The notes beneath the pieces were generated by a model that was not told where the DNA came from, made no database searches, and saw nothing but the letters and a program-made list of their open reading frames with translations. The translations under genes and the position numbers were made by a program. Of a DNA stretch of 57,961 bases, positions 29,302 through 39,095 are shown in pieces; positions within the stretch are counted from its first letter, which is position 1, and each line of letters opens with the position of its first letter. Origin of the DNA: Minisyncoccota bacterium (GTDB lineage: Bacteria > Patescibacteriota > Minisyncoccia > JAHIHE01 > JAGLIN01); assembly GCA_023143145.1 (NCBI GenBank), contig JAGLID010000066.1, forward strand, positions 1 through 57,961, read 5' to 3'.

Positions 29302-30634
29302 CTATTTTTCCATCGAAACAACTTTGATTTGACAAAGCTCTCGAAATCCAGCCATCCCATGCTCTCTTCCCATTCCTGATTTTTTATATCCGCCAAAAGG
29401 ATTGCAGGAAAGTCAATGAATAGCACTGTTGATTTCCACCGTTCCAAAGTCAATTTTGAAAGCGACTCTCTTTGCTCTTTCAATGTCCTTGGAAAATATA
29501 ACTGACCCCAACCCGTAAATTGTATCATTTGCCAAATTAATTGCTTCTTCTTCAGTCTCAAAAAAAACAATTGGCAAAACAGGACCGAACACTTCTTCAT
29601 TCCATACCCGCATATCTTTGGAAACATTTGTCAGCAAGGTTGGCAGATAATATGCGCCTTTGACATTCTCAGCAAAGCGTCCGCCGACAAAAACCTTTGC
29701 TCCCTTACAAATCGCATCTTCGACTTGGCTCTCCAGTAAATGAAGCTGTCTTTCAGCCACCAAACTTCCCATTTCAGTTTCAAGATTTTCACCCTCGCCG
29801 ACAATTTTAGCTTCCATTTCTTTTTTCAAAGCTTCGACTAATTCATCGAAAATTGAACAATGAACAATCAATCTTTTCAAAGCATCACATGTTTGTCCAC
29901 AAAGCTTGAATCTCTTGTTATAAATTTTTCCCAAGATTTTTGGAATATCTACATCTTCAAAAACAACACCAGGATTTGAACCTCCTAATTCCAGAATTGC
30001 TTTGATAAATTTTTCCCCAGCCAACTTATATAATTGTTGTCCTATTTTCGTACTTCCTGTAAACCAAATAAGGTCAATTTTTTCATTGACGAGTTTCCAG
30101 CCAATATCACCAGCACCATACACTTCGGAAAATACTCCCTGCGGAAGTTCATAAGCAAGCATCACTTCTTCAATTAATTTACCAGTCAATGGACATTCTT
30201 CAGAAATTTTGAAAACAACAGGATTCCCAACCAAAAGATTCGGAAATGTTCCCCACACAAACATCCCAAACGGAAAATTCCAAGGTGTAATCACCGCCGT
30301 CACTCCAATAGGTTCGTAGACAATTTTATACACCAATTCCTCGTCTTCGTAGGTGATTTTGTCTGCCAGTGCAAATTCAACATTATCCATAAACCACTTC
30401 ATCTTTGCCAATTGCCCATTAATCATTGCCCGACTTTCTGTTATTGCTCTGCCAGTTTCTTTTGTTGTCAGCTGAGCAATTTCATCTTCTCTTTTTCGCT
30501 CAGATTTCCTTCCAGCCGACTTTTGCCAAATTTGCCACCTGCACCTTTTCTGAAATTTCTTCGTCCAAAGAGATTTCAACATCGCCGATGAATTCATAAT
30601 TTTTTGCTGGATTTGTTGAGATTAGTTTTGTCAT
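29302..30634 (-). pseudogene. NAD(P)-dependent aldehyde dehydrogenase, disrupted (frameshift/deletion near the N-terminus plus an in-frame TGA near the C-terminus)
   Basis: ATG at ~30634 gives MTKLISTNPAKNYEFIGDVEISLDEEISEKVQVANLAKVGWKEI*. The body is in another frame (track ORF 29413..30597) with VITPWNFPF, ELGGSNP and CGQTCDA. After the TGA at 29413-29415 the same frame continues LSCNPFGGYKKSGMGREHGMAGFRELCQIKVVSMEK*. Confidence 0.75.
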
Positions 30635-30943
30635 ATCATTAAGATTATATTAGTTTTTTTTATTTTCATATTTTATATTTTCATTTTATCACAAATCATT
30701 CGAAAACAACAAACTCATTTTGGAATATAAAAAACAACCCTTTAAATGAGGATATGTTTAGATGACTGTTGACTTGAAGCATTCGCTCATTGAAAAGTAA
30801 ATATTGAAAATTTTTTGAAAAAAGATATCTACAATAGAACTAAAAAACGAAAACTTCCAAAGTCATATTAAAGTAAATTATCAAAAAAAATAAAACCCCA
30901 ATCTAAATTTATAAACTGAGATTTGATATTATTGAAAGACGTT

Positions 30944-31234
30944 TTAAAAACTTAAAACTGATCTTTTTCCAGGCCCAACTTCTACAGTATATTCATTTTT
31001 TTTTCTCCATTTTTCTCTTATTCGTTTTTTTTCTATAATCGTTTTCATACATCTACATTCTTCTTTGCATTTCTGGCATTCCACCATACGTTGATTTATG
31101 CAAGTGCATTTTAAATTACATCCTGAACAAAGTCCATTCACCCAGCTGATTTTAGTTTTTTCCCCTAGCAATTGCTCCTGAAAACCCCCTTCTTCTACAG
31201 AGTACATTCTTTTTTTATTTACTATCAAGAACAC
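30944..31234 (-). CDS. Small basic Cys-rich protein with tandem CX2CX3CXC motifs
   Basis: CSGCNLKCTC ...7 aa... CQKCKEECRC. AGGAGGTG Shine-Dalgarno immediately upstream, with TTG/GTG starts nearby and an ATG 9 codons in. No family recognised. Confidence 0.5.
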   Translation of the reverse strand: MFLIVNKKRMYSVEEGGFQEQLLGEKTKISWVNGLCSGCNLKCTCINQRMVECQKCKEECRCMKTIIEKKRIREKWRKKNEYTVEVGPGKRSVLSF

Positions 31235-31354
31235 CTCCTGTTTTCTTGATAAGAAACTTCTTGTAACATAAAATAAACATACACGATTTTCTGAAAAATG
31301 TCAAGCAAGCCGCATCTTTAAAATCATACATAACTCCAATGTAAAGAAAGTTTA

Positions 31355-31500
31355 ATCGCCACTTTTAAGCGACTAAACACCCTTTGGATGAGAGGTGTTG
31401 ATGGATTGGATTCGGGATGATTGACTGCCCTCTGTTGGTTCAATGTTTCTGACTTGCCAGCAGGCGAGCCTGAACCGCTTATTCCTTTTTCCCGCTATTT
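31355..31500. ncRNA. Candidate structured RNA (unidentified), a GC-enriched non-coding segment
   Basis: Markedly less AT-rich than its flanks, with no start-containing ORF. Nested hairpin ggttca-[atgtttctga]-cttgcc-agca-ggcgag-cc-tgaacc, plus acacc..ggtgt and ggg..ccc helices. One helix needs a T-G wobble on the + strand, which is a C-A mismatch on the - strand. Confidence 0.25.
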
Positions 31501-31880
31501 ACAATTTTATAAAAACATATAATTCAATTCAGAATATCTGAGCCAATAAAGAGTCACAAATGGTAATATAAACTTTTTAATTAAATGCATTCAACGATTT
31601 TATATTTTTCCAATCTTTACTCTTCCATAACGAAATTAAATATAAACTCATTCTCTTCTATGTGTATACTAACCATTTTAATGGAGGAACTATTTGAAAA
31701 CATCGAAGAAGATATTATTGTTAAAATAACTCCTTCGAACTAAAATTATTGGTTCGCATTTTGAAGGAAACAATCCTTCATTTCTTTTATTTACTATATC
31801 AAAATACCCTGCAAGTATATTTTTATTATTCTGTAAATTGTCAAAATCACTAAAATATATTTCATAAGTTTTGCGTCAAA

Positions 31881-32975
31881 CTAACTACAAAATTTATTAA
31901 TCAACTCTTTGTATAAATTTACTGCTTTATCTAAGGAGCTTTTAGCAATGCTTTCATTTGCTTTATGAGCTGATTTTATTGAACCAGGACCAAGAATTAC
32001 AAAATTATTTTGATTAGGAAAAAAAGATGCCTCTGTCGCATAATTAACTCCTATGACTTTGTTTTTTGTGATTCCTTCTATAACGGTAATAAAATTTTTA
32101 TCTTGGCACTTTACAATTGGCAAAGAAAAACTCATTTCAATATCAGCTTTGAAATTATTTTGTTTAATCAGACTGATGATATCTTTGTGAATCTTATTAT
32201 TTTGTTTATTATTAATTATACGAAATTCGAATTCCAACAAACAAGAAGATGGAACCTTGTTAATCGCATCTCCCCCGTTAATTTTTGCAATGTTTATAGT
32301 TGCCGACGAAGAGTCAAAAATATAATCATTATCATTTTTCAGATTTTCAGAATATTTTTTCAACTCCATAACAAAATTAGATGCCATCTCAATCGCATTT
32401 ATTCCAACCTCTGGATTTCCACCATGGGCGTTTTTACCGATAAAATTTATCTTAAAGACAAGAGCACCTTTTGTTGCAATAACTGGTTTTAAACTTGTAG
32501 GTTCACCGATTAAAATACAATCAGCTGACACTAAATGGTTTTCAACAACATTTTTAATACCCTCAAAAGTCTTTTCCTCGTCATAAGTAAATATCAATTC
32601 TAATCCCTTATTCAGATTGCTTAAATCAATTTCACTGATCGCGACAAGCATCGATGCTATCCCCCCTTTCATATCAGCAGAACCTAATCCATAAAAAACA
32701 TCATTGATTTGAGTTAATTCGAATGGGTTCGTTTTCCATCCGTCTCCTGCTGGTACAGTGTCAGTGTGTCCCGAAAATATCAAAGCATTTTTTTTACAAT
32801 TTCCGCTACTCGCCACCAAACAAAGATTGTTATCATTTTCATTTTTCATTAATTTCGTTTTGAAACCCATATCCAAACAAAATTTTTCAATCCAATTAAT
32901 CATTTTGTTATTTTCTTCATCTCCGACCGTATTAAACGAAACTAATTGTTTTAACACTTCTTCAACTTTTTTCAT
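31881..32975 (-). CDS. M20-family metallopeptidase (ArgE/DapE-like deacylase)
   Basis: FSGHTDTVPAGDGWKTNPF, GLGSADMKGG and IGEPT are typical M20 metal-binding blocks. Confidence 0.8.
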   Translation of the reverse strand: MKKVEEVLKQLVSFNTVGDEENNKMINWIEKFCLDMGFKTKLMKNENDNNLCLVASSGNCKKNALIFSGHTDTVPAGDGWKTNPFELTQINDVFYGLGSADMKGGIASMLVAISEIDLSNLNKGLELIFTYDEEKTFEGIKNVVENHLVSADCILIGEPTSLKPVIATKGALVFKINFIGKNAHGGNPEVGINAIEMASNFVMELKKYSENLKNDNDYIFDSSSATINIAKINGGDAINKVPSSCLLEFEFRIINNKQNNKIHKDIISLIKQNNFKADIEMSFSLPIVKCQDKNFITVIEGITKNKVIGVNYATEASFFPNQNNFVILGPGSIKSAHKANESIAKSSLDKAVNLYKELINKFCS

Positions 32976-33000
32976 AATTTTATTAATTTAAAAATAATTT

Positions 33001-33031
33001 CAGAAGGAAGTTTCTGGATAACTCCCTTCTG
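33001..33031 (-). terminator. Hairpin downstream of the GNAT gene
   Basis: cagaagg-17 nt-ccttctg (7-bp stem), followed on the minus strand by an A/T-rich tract. Confidence 0.35.
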
Positions 33032-33064
33032 AATTGTCAGATGTCTTTATAGATATCTTTATTG

Positions 33065-33556
33065 TTACATCAACATCATTGGTTTGCAATGGCAATCAGG
33101 AAAATTAACGAATTCCGGACAATCATTACATAGATCCCAAAACTCATTATCAAGAATTTCTTTATCAACAATGACAAACTTGAGTTTGATTGCTATATGA
33201 GAAGAAATCTCGTTTGCAAACATTATTACTAATTTGTTCGGATATATATTTTTTGACAGATACATTAATTGTTTCGCCAACTTTATTCCGATACCCATTC
33301 CCCTATATTCAGAGTTTACAATCAATGCTGCAATTTCTACACTGTCCGTATAGTTAATCAAACAGACAAATCCGACGACATTTCCATTACATAAAGCCAA
33401 AATTGAATTTCCACTTTCGATATACTCTTTTATTTCAGTATCGCTTTTTGCTAACATATTACCTTTGCCTGCTTCAACTTTAATCATTCCTTCCAGATTT
33501 TTTGAAAAATGACCATATGAAGAAGTACCTCTAACATACCAAACATTTTCTTTCAT
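33065..33556 (-). CDS. GNAT-family N-acetyltransferase with Cys-rich C-terminal tail
   Basis: VEIAALIVNSEYRGMGIGIKLAKQL is the acetyl-CoA-binding motif A. The tail reads CNDCPEFVNFPDCHC. Start placed at MKENVWY, preceded by GGAGAG. The track ORF begins upstream at TTG 33616. Confidence 0.75.
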   Translation of the reverse strand: MKENVWYVRGTSSYGHFSKNLEGMIKVEAGKGNMLAKSDTEIKEYIESGNSILALCNGNVVGFVCLINYTDSVEIAALIVNSEYRGMGIGIKLAKQLMYLSKNIYPNKLVIMFANEISSHIAIKLKFVIVDKEILDNEFWDLCNDCPEFVNFPDCHCKPMMLM

Positions 33557-33889
33557 TTTTTTCTCTCCTGTTTCAATTAAAAAACGACCCTCTAGGCCGC
33601 TTATTTCTTTATCCAAATTTGAAAAATAATTTATATATTTATAGGTAAAAAGAAAAACAGCCTAGACAAAAGTCTGTTTCTATTTCTACGGTTATTTTGA
33701 TTGAAAATATCTTGCATAAAATCTTTTTTAAAACTATATAACAATATTATATACTAATTTCGATTACTGTCAAATCAAAGCAAGTGTGTATAAAGTTGAT
33801 AAATATTATAGCCTAATTCGAAATTAAATTATAATCCCCATGGCAAACATCGCTTAGTTTGCTTCCAAGTCAATCTGTAACTAAAATGT

Positions 33890-36631
33890 TTATATGTTTT
33901 CCATCTCTTCCCAATTATCCCCTACTTTTACATCAACAACAATTGGCACGGAAAAATCAATTTTTTTGCCATCAAGCTCCAGATGGCTGTTTTCCATAAT
34001 TTCGCAAATATGTTTTGTTACTTCGACAATACTTTCTTCTTTGATAGAAAAAATCAACTCGTCGTGAACCTGAAGTAATGGTCTTATGGCATCGGGATTT
34101 TTCAAATTATATGCGCTAATCCAATTGTCAATCTTAAGCATCGCGATTTTCATAATATCAGCGGCTGCTCCTTGAATAGGCATATTGATTGCCATTCTTT
34201 CAGCAGAACTTCGAATCAATCCATTTGAAGAATTCAATTCAGGTAAATATCTTCTGCGACCCCAAATCGTTTCTGCATAACCTTTTTTGCGAGCATCTTC
34301 TTTTGATTTTTCAATATATTTAGCCACACCAGAAAACTTTTCCATATAATTTTCGATAAACTCTTTCGCCTTGTCGTTTTCAATTCCAGCCGATTTGGCA
34401 AATCCAAAAGTGCTCATTCCATAGATTATCCCAAAATTCAAAGCCTTGGCTGATCTTCTCATTTCAGTGGTTACTTCATCAAGAGAAACTTGATTCACTT
34501 CCGCTGCAGTCGCGCTGTGAATATCAAGACCACTGTTGAAAATTTCTTTCATTCTCTGGTCATCAGCTACCATCGCCACGACACGCAATTCAATTTGAGA
34601 ATAATCCGCCGAAACAAGTTTTCGGCCTTGCTCAGAAATAAACGCTTTACGAATTTTTCTTCCCACTTCAGTTCGAACAGGAATATTTTGCAAATTCGGA
34701 TCTGAAGATGAAAGCCTTCCTGTCGCCGCAATTGTTTGATTAAAAGTTGTGTGAAGCCTGTTTGTTTTTTTTCTGACCAATTTCGGCAAAGCATCAACAT
34801 ATGTATTTTTCAATTTCACCAATTCTTTATATTCCGAAATGAAACTTATTATAATATGTTGCTCTTTGAGCTTTTCCATTTCTGGTGCCGCGATCGAATA
34901 GCCTGTTTTCGTTTTCTTGATACCCTCAGTCGGCAATTTCATTTTCTCAAACAAAATAATCGATAGTTGCTGAGAGGAATTTATATTGAAATTTCTTTCT
35001 CCTGCAAGTGTATAGATTTTTTCTTCCAGCTTGGCAATTTTTTCCTTCAACTCTTGCGAAAGAATATTAAGAAGTTTCACGTCCAAGCCAATCCCATTCA
35101 TTTCCATCTTCACCAAAATTTCCACAAGAGGCATTTCAATTTTATAAAAAAGATTTTCCATCTCCTTTTCTTTCAATCTCTTCTTAAGCTCATCATAAAC
35201 TTCAAACATATACCCAAAAGAAACCAAACTTCCATTTGTTGTTTCAATAGATTGTTCTTGAATTTTATAACCTAAACAATCAAAAATAATTTTCTCTGGA
35301 CTATAATTTCGCCGTCCTGGGTCAAGTAAATAGGATGCTAACATCATATCAAAATGAAGCCCTCTGATTTGAATTCCGTGATCAAAAAGGGCTTTCATAT
35401 CCCGTTTCAAGAAAAAGCCAATTTTCTGATATTTTTCATTCTCAAGAAAAGGCTGAATTTTTTTCAGGATTAGATTATCAACCGATGAGTTAACACTGAA
35501 CAAATTAGGTATATTTTCAGAAAGAACAAGAGGGATGATGTAAATTGGACTTTGAGGCCAAAAAATCGTAAAGCCTATTAAATCCTTTTCCACAAGATTT
35601 CCGTCGCTACTTCTTGTTTGGAAAAAAAACTTTTTTTGTTTTTCAAGTTTTAATAAAAAATCATCAATTTTTTCATTTGAATCTAAAATTACACTTTCAA
35701 TCTTTTTTTCTGATACAATGTCTCTTTTTTCCTGATTATTGTTTGCGTCTTCAACTCGATCCATCAAAGAATAAAATTCAAATTCTTGAAATAATTTATT
35801 TAATTCCGTCTTGTTATAATCTCCCCACAGACACTCTTTCAAGTCAAACTCAATATTCATCTCGCAATCAATCGTGGCTAATTTTTTACTCATCAAAGCT
35901 TTTTCTTTCTCGGCAATAAGTTTTTCTTTAATTCGAGGCTTAATCAAGTTTTCCGTTTGATCATCTTCAATCGCCTTATAAAGTTTTTCGATAGTGCCAA
36001 AATTCTGCAAAAGTTTGGTCGCTCCTTTTTCTCCTATTCCCGCTACTCCTGGAATATTATCCGATGGGTCTCCTCGCAAACCTTTATAATCCACAACTTG
36101 ATTTGGACCAAAACCATATTTCTCAAAAACACCTTTCTCGTCATAAATAATCGTATCTTTAATCCCCTTACGTAAGGTAAAAACTTTTGTATTTTCATCC
36201 ACCAGTTGCAAAGTATCTAAATCGCCTGTCACAATAATAGTTTCAATTTTTCCACTTTTTCCAAGCTGTCTTGCCAGAGAGCCAATTACATCATCAGCCT
36301 CAAAACCTTTTTTTTCCATTATAGGGATATTCAAAACTTTGACAACTTCTTTGATTCTTGGAATTTGGTCATAAAAATCTTGCTCAGGCTTTTTCCTGCC
36401 AGCTTTATATTCAGCATATATTTCATCACGAAAAGTCCTGCCCTCCACATCAAATGTACAAATAATACAATCTGGCTTAAGCTCTTTGATAACTCCCAAA
36501 AGAACGGAAGTAAAGCCATAAACCGCATTAATCATTTCACCGTTTCGAGTGGTCAGTGGCGGAATTGCATGATAAGCCCGATGCATCAAAGCATTTCCGT
36601 CGATGAGGATTAGTCTTTTTTTATTAGTCAT
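33890..36631 (-). CDS. polA: DNA polymerase I
   Basis: 5'-nuclease N-terminus MTNKKRLILIDGNALMHRAYHA and GDPSDNIPGVAGIGEKGA. Polymerase motifs LVSADYSQIELRV, RRSAKALNFGIIYG and LQVHDEL. The track ORF starts 20 codons earlier at 36691. Confidence 0.93.
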   Translation of the reverse strand: MTNKKRLILIDGNALMHRAYHAIPPLTTRNGEMINAVYGFTSVLLGVIKELKPDCIICTFDVEGRTFRDEIYAEYKAGRKKPEQDFYDQIPRIKEVVKVLNIPIMEKKGFEADDVIGSLARQLGKSGKIETIIVTGDLDTLQLVDENTKVFTLRKGIKDTIIYDEKGVFEKYGFGPNQVVDYKGLRGDPSDNIPGVAGIGEKGATKLLQNFGTIEKLYKAIEDDQTENLIKPRIKEKLIAEKEKALMSKKLATIDCEMNIEFDLKECLWGDYNKTELNKLFQEFEFYSLMDRVEDANNNQEKRDIVSEKKIESVILDSNEKIDDFLLKLEKQKKFFFQTRSSDGNLVEKDLIGFTIFWPQSPIYIIPLVLSENIPNLFSVNSSVDNLILKKIQPFLENEKYQKIGFFLKRDMKALFDHGIQIRGLHFDMMLASYLLDPGRRNYSPEKIIFDCLGYKIQEQSIETTNGSLVSFGYMFEVYDELKKRLKEKEMENLFYKIEMPLVEILVKMEMNGIGLDVKLLNILSQELKEKIAKLEEKIYTLAGERNFNINSSQQLSIILFEKMKLPTEGIKKTKTGYSIAAPEMEKLKEQHIIISFISEYKELVKLKNTYVDALPKLVRKKTNRLHTTFNQTIAATGRLSSSDPNLQNIPVRTEVGRKIRKAFISEQGRKLVSADYSQIELRVVAMVADDQRMKEIFNSGLDIHSATAAEVNQVSLDEVTTEMRRSAKALNFGIIYGMSTFGFAKSAGIENDKAKEFIENYMEKFSGVAKYIEKSKEDARKKGYAETIWGRRRYLPELNSSNGLIRSSAERMAINMPIQGAAADIMKIAMLKIDNWISAYNLKNPDAIRPLLQVHDELIFSIKEESIVEVTKHICEIMENSHLELDGKKIDFSVPIVVDVKVGDNWEEMENI

Positions 36632-36677
36632 ATATGATATATTTATACCTAAATTAAAATATTGTAAATAACCTCTT

Positions 36678-36959
36678 TTAATGCCCTCCACTTAATGCTA
36701 TTACAATCAAAAGAAAAAGAATGAAAAAAAATAAAACTGTACTAATCAATATAGAATTGATTATGCTTTTAGATAATGAATAAACAATTGTAAATAGAAT
36801 TATAAATGGAACACTAAAAAATATCACAGTTGGTCGGGAATTCGGAGACGAAAAAAACCACAAAGTAAACATAAAAATAAACCCTACAAGACAATGCCAC
36901 AATTTAATTCTACTGTTTATATACGCATTTACTTTTAAAATATTATTTAAGATTCCCAT
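36678..36959 (-). CDS. Small integral membrane protein (3 predicted TM)
   Basis: Strongly hydrophobic 93 aa ORF immediately upstream of polA on the same strand. Confidence 0.4.
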   Translation of the reverse strand: MGILNNILKVNAYINSRIKLWHCLVGFIFMFTLWFFSSPNSRPTVIFFSVPFIILFTIVYSLSKSIINSILISTVLFFFILFLLIVIALSGGH

Positions 36960-37427
36960 AACCTTTAGTTTGCTTAATAAACTGCATCTTTGTTTTATTA
37001 TATCTTTTTTCAGATTTCAGGCAAAAAAACAAGGAATTATTCTTACTCATAAGTTCTCCAATTATTACTAAAAAGTTTTTGCTATCCCACAATGAATTTC
37101 CCTTTTTCAGTAATCGCTACAACTTTACCCAAAACAGAAATAAATCCTTCATTTTCTTAAATTCCAATTATTTCAGAAAGTTCTTCTAATTAAAGACTCA
37201 AGCAAAAGCTTTCTTTACAATAGCTATTTCAACTACTATTAGAAATTCTGCTAGTTCATACAGGTTCATCATAAACCACTTAGCAATTTGTGATCTCCTC
37301 TTGCTGTTATCATCTTCTATTATTTATATCACCTTTTATTTTTTGTTTCTATTTTAACTTTATATTAGATATAAAATAATCCTAACATATAAATTATTTT
37401 TGTAGAGACTTTATAGAACAAGGTAAA

Positions 37428-37763
37428 TTACTGCAAATCATCGATTATTTGATTGCCATCGTCGTTATCTTCATTATTCTCATTTTTATCAAGACTCCTC
37501 TCATAATTATCTTTATTAGATATTTCAGGCATATCTTCTAGCTTCTCTAGTCCTTGCTTCAATCCATTATGCTCAACCAAATAATTATCCAGAATATCTC
37601 TATTCTCTATCACCTTTTCATTAATCAAATCTATAGACTCCTTTAGAGCTGAAATCTTTTTATTAATTTCTTCGCTTTGCATATTTTCTTTTGACTCAAT
37701 CCTTCTTTTCAGACTCCCCTCTAACTGATTTAATTTTCCATCAAGATATGTTTTTGTAATCAT
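37428..37763 (-). CDS. Hypothetical coiled-coil protein with acidic tail
   Basis: Heptad-like charged sequence and a DNDDGNQIIDDLQ tail. No domain recognised. Confidence 0.45.
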   Translation of the reverse strand: MITKTYLDGKLNQLEGSLKRRIESKENMQSEEINKKISALKESIDLINEKVIENRDILDNYLVEHNGLKQGLEKLEDMPEISNKDNYERSLDKNENNEDNDDGNQIIDDLQ

Positions 37764-37857
37764 AAATTTATTTTAACATATTAATATTGACACTTTATAA
37801 AAAATCAATATACCAAAAACAGCGCTTGAAACATCAAAATTAGGAGGAAAAATAACA

Positions 37858-38094
37858 ATGTTTGAAAATATTCACATTAGTCCTTTAAGTATGATGGGAA
37901 TTATTCTTATTGCATTTTCTCTTTTGAAATATAGAAGAACAAGAAATGAAGCCGAAGGATTTATTTTATTCAGTATAGGACTTGGACTTACTGGGTATTC
38001 TTTACTTGTCCATTACATAATGATGGATTATATAGATATTAGATTCTTGTTCGCAGGAGAATTAGTTTTATTCTTTGCGGTTTTGTTTGGATAA
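37858..38094 (+). CDS. Small membrane protein
   Basis: Strong SD (taggaggaaaaataacaATG). Two or three hydrophobic helices. Confidence 0.55.
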   Translation: MFENIHISPLSMMGIILIAFSLLKYRRTRNEAEGFILFSIGLGLTGYSLLVHYIMMDYIDIRFLFAGELVLFFAVLFG

Positions 38095-38389
38095 TTGGAG
38101 TTTATGAATTAGGAACGGGACACCCAAAAACATTCTTGCCTGCAAACCAAGAAATTCATATTGTTGGTTCAGTCGCTTTTAAATCCCACAACAAGAAAGA
38201 ATGTCATTATTTCAAAGCGATAATAGCAGGTAGAGACGAGGATAATTTGCTCACAACCCCAATTCAATATGCAATTCCAGCAAAAAAAATTTCAAAACGC
38301 CAGTTTAAATTTAATCTTTAATACTGGCAAAAAAGGAAAAATAATACAAGCTACAATAAATGATAAATTAACAAGTTATCATTATTTTT

Positions 38390-38872
38390 TTATTTATTAA
38401 CAAAAATCATCTTCCTTGTATTCTCATCCACAAACTCAAATTTAAGATTTAATCTATTCTTTGGCAAAATATCTTTCACATTCTCTGGCCACTCAATAAG
38501 AATGATATTGTTTTCTCCGCCAATAATATCTTCCCAGCCTAAATCTAAAATCTCTTGAGAGTCAGAAATACGATAACAATCAAAATGATATAGCGTATAT
38601 TTCTTGTTCATCTTTTTGCCTGACAAATATTTTTTCATAATTATAAATGTCGGACTGTTCACAATTTCTTCCACGCCTAACTCCTCGCCAATCCCTTGTG
38701 AAAATGTCGTTTTTCCTCCTCCAAGGTCGCCATAAAGACAAACCAACCAATTTGAATTTTTGACTTGATTAATTTCCAGCCATTGTTGACAAAGCATTTT
38801 TGCAAATTCTTTAGTTTCCGTCGCATTTTGAGTGAACATTTCTTTTTCATCCATATTGCTATTCAAAAACAA
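38390..38872 (-). CDS. tsaE: tRNA threonylcarbamoyladenosine biosynthesis ATPase TsaE
   Basis: LYGDLGGGKTTFSQGI Walker A, SPTFIIMKKY and HFDCYRI are YjeE/TsaE signatures. Confidence 0.85.
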   Translation of the reverse strand: MFLNSNMDEKEMFTQNATETKEFAKMLCQQWLEINQVKNSNWLVCLYGDLGGGKTTFSQGIGEELGVEEIVNSPTFIIMKKYLSGKKMNKKYTLYHFDCYRISDSQEILDLGWEDIIGGENNIILIEWPENVKDILPKNRLNLKFEFVDENTRKMIFVNK

Positions 38873-39095
38873 ATTATACCCTTATTATACTGCCTAATAT
38901 AAAAATAATCAAAGTGTGTCGATTATTTTAACATAATCTCTGATTTTCTCACAATAACATATTAAGCTTTTTGTCTAATACGACAGATATAAACCACAAT
39001 AAAATACTACTACTTGACATAATTTTTCAGTGTGATAAATTAACTAATCAATATAAGATTTTCAGAAATTTTAATTTATCTAATTTTTAAATAAG

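Noticed and set aside
29413-29415. Selenocysteine insertion at the ALDH in-frame TGA
   Set aside because: This position is not a known Sec site in ALDHs. No sel genes or tRNA-Sec are in the window. The gene also has an N-terminal frameshift and deletion. This cannot be fully excluded without the rest of the genome.
29259-29627. 122-aa ORF at the 3' end of the ALDH locus
   Set aside because: It is out of frame with the ALDH. The conserved PFGGYKKSGMGRE C-terminus is in the main ALDH frame just past the TGA, so this ORF is a by-product.
31423-31436. 12-nt identity (ctctgttggttc) to the 5' end of E. coli 4.5S/SRP RNA as I recall it
   Set aside because: The universally conserved SRP domain IV features (GNRA tetraloop flanked by the GGAAG...AGCAGC loops) are absent, and the segment does not fold into a single long hairpin. 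Chance similarity is likely.
34490-36613. Numerous 60-100 aa ORFs overlapping polA, and similar ones inside rpoB, PBP1A, the glycogen synthase gene, the M20 peptidase gene and others
   Set aside because: They are antisense or out-of-frame shadows typical of AT-rich DNA, lack SD sequences, and overlap strongly supported genes.
38136-38321. 61-aa ORF with a TTG start downstream of the small membrane protein gene
   Set aside because: No ATG or GTG in frame, no SD and no recognisable motif. The evidence is too weak to call.
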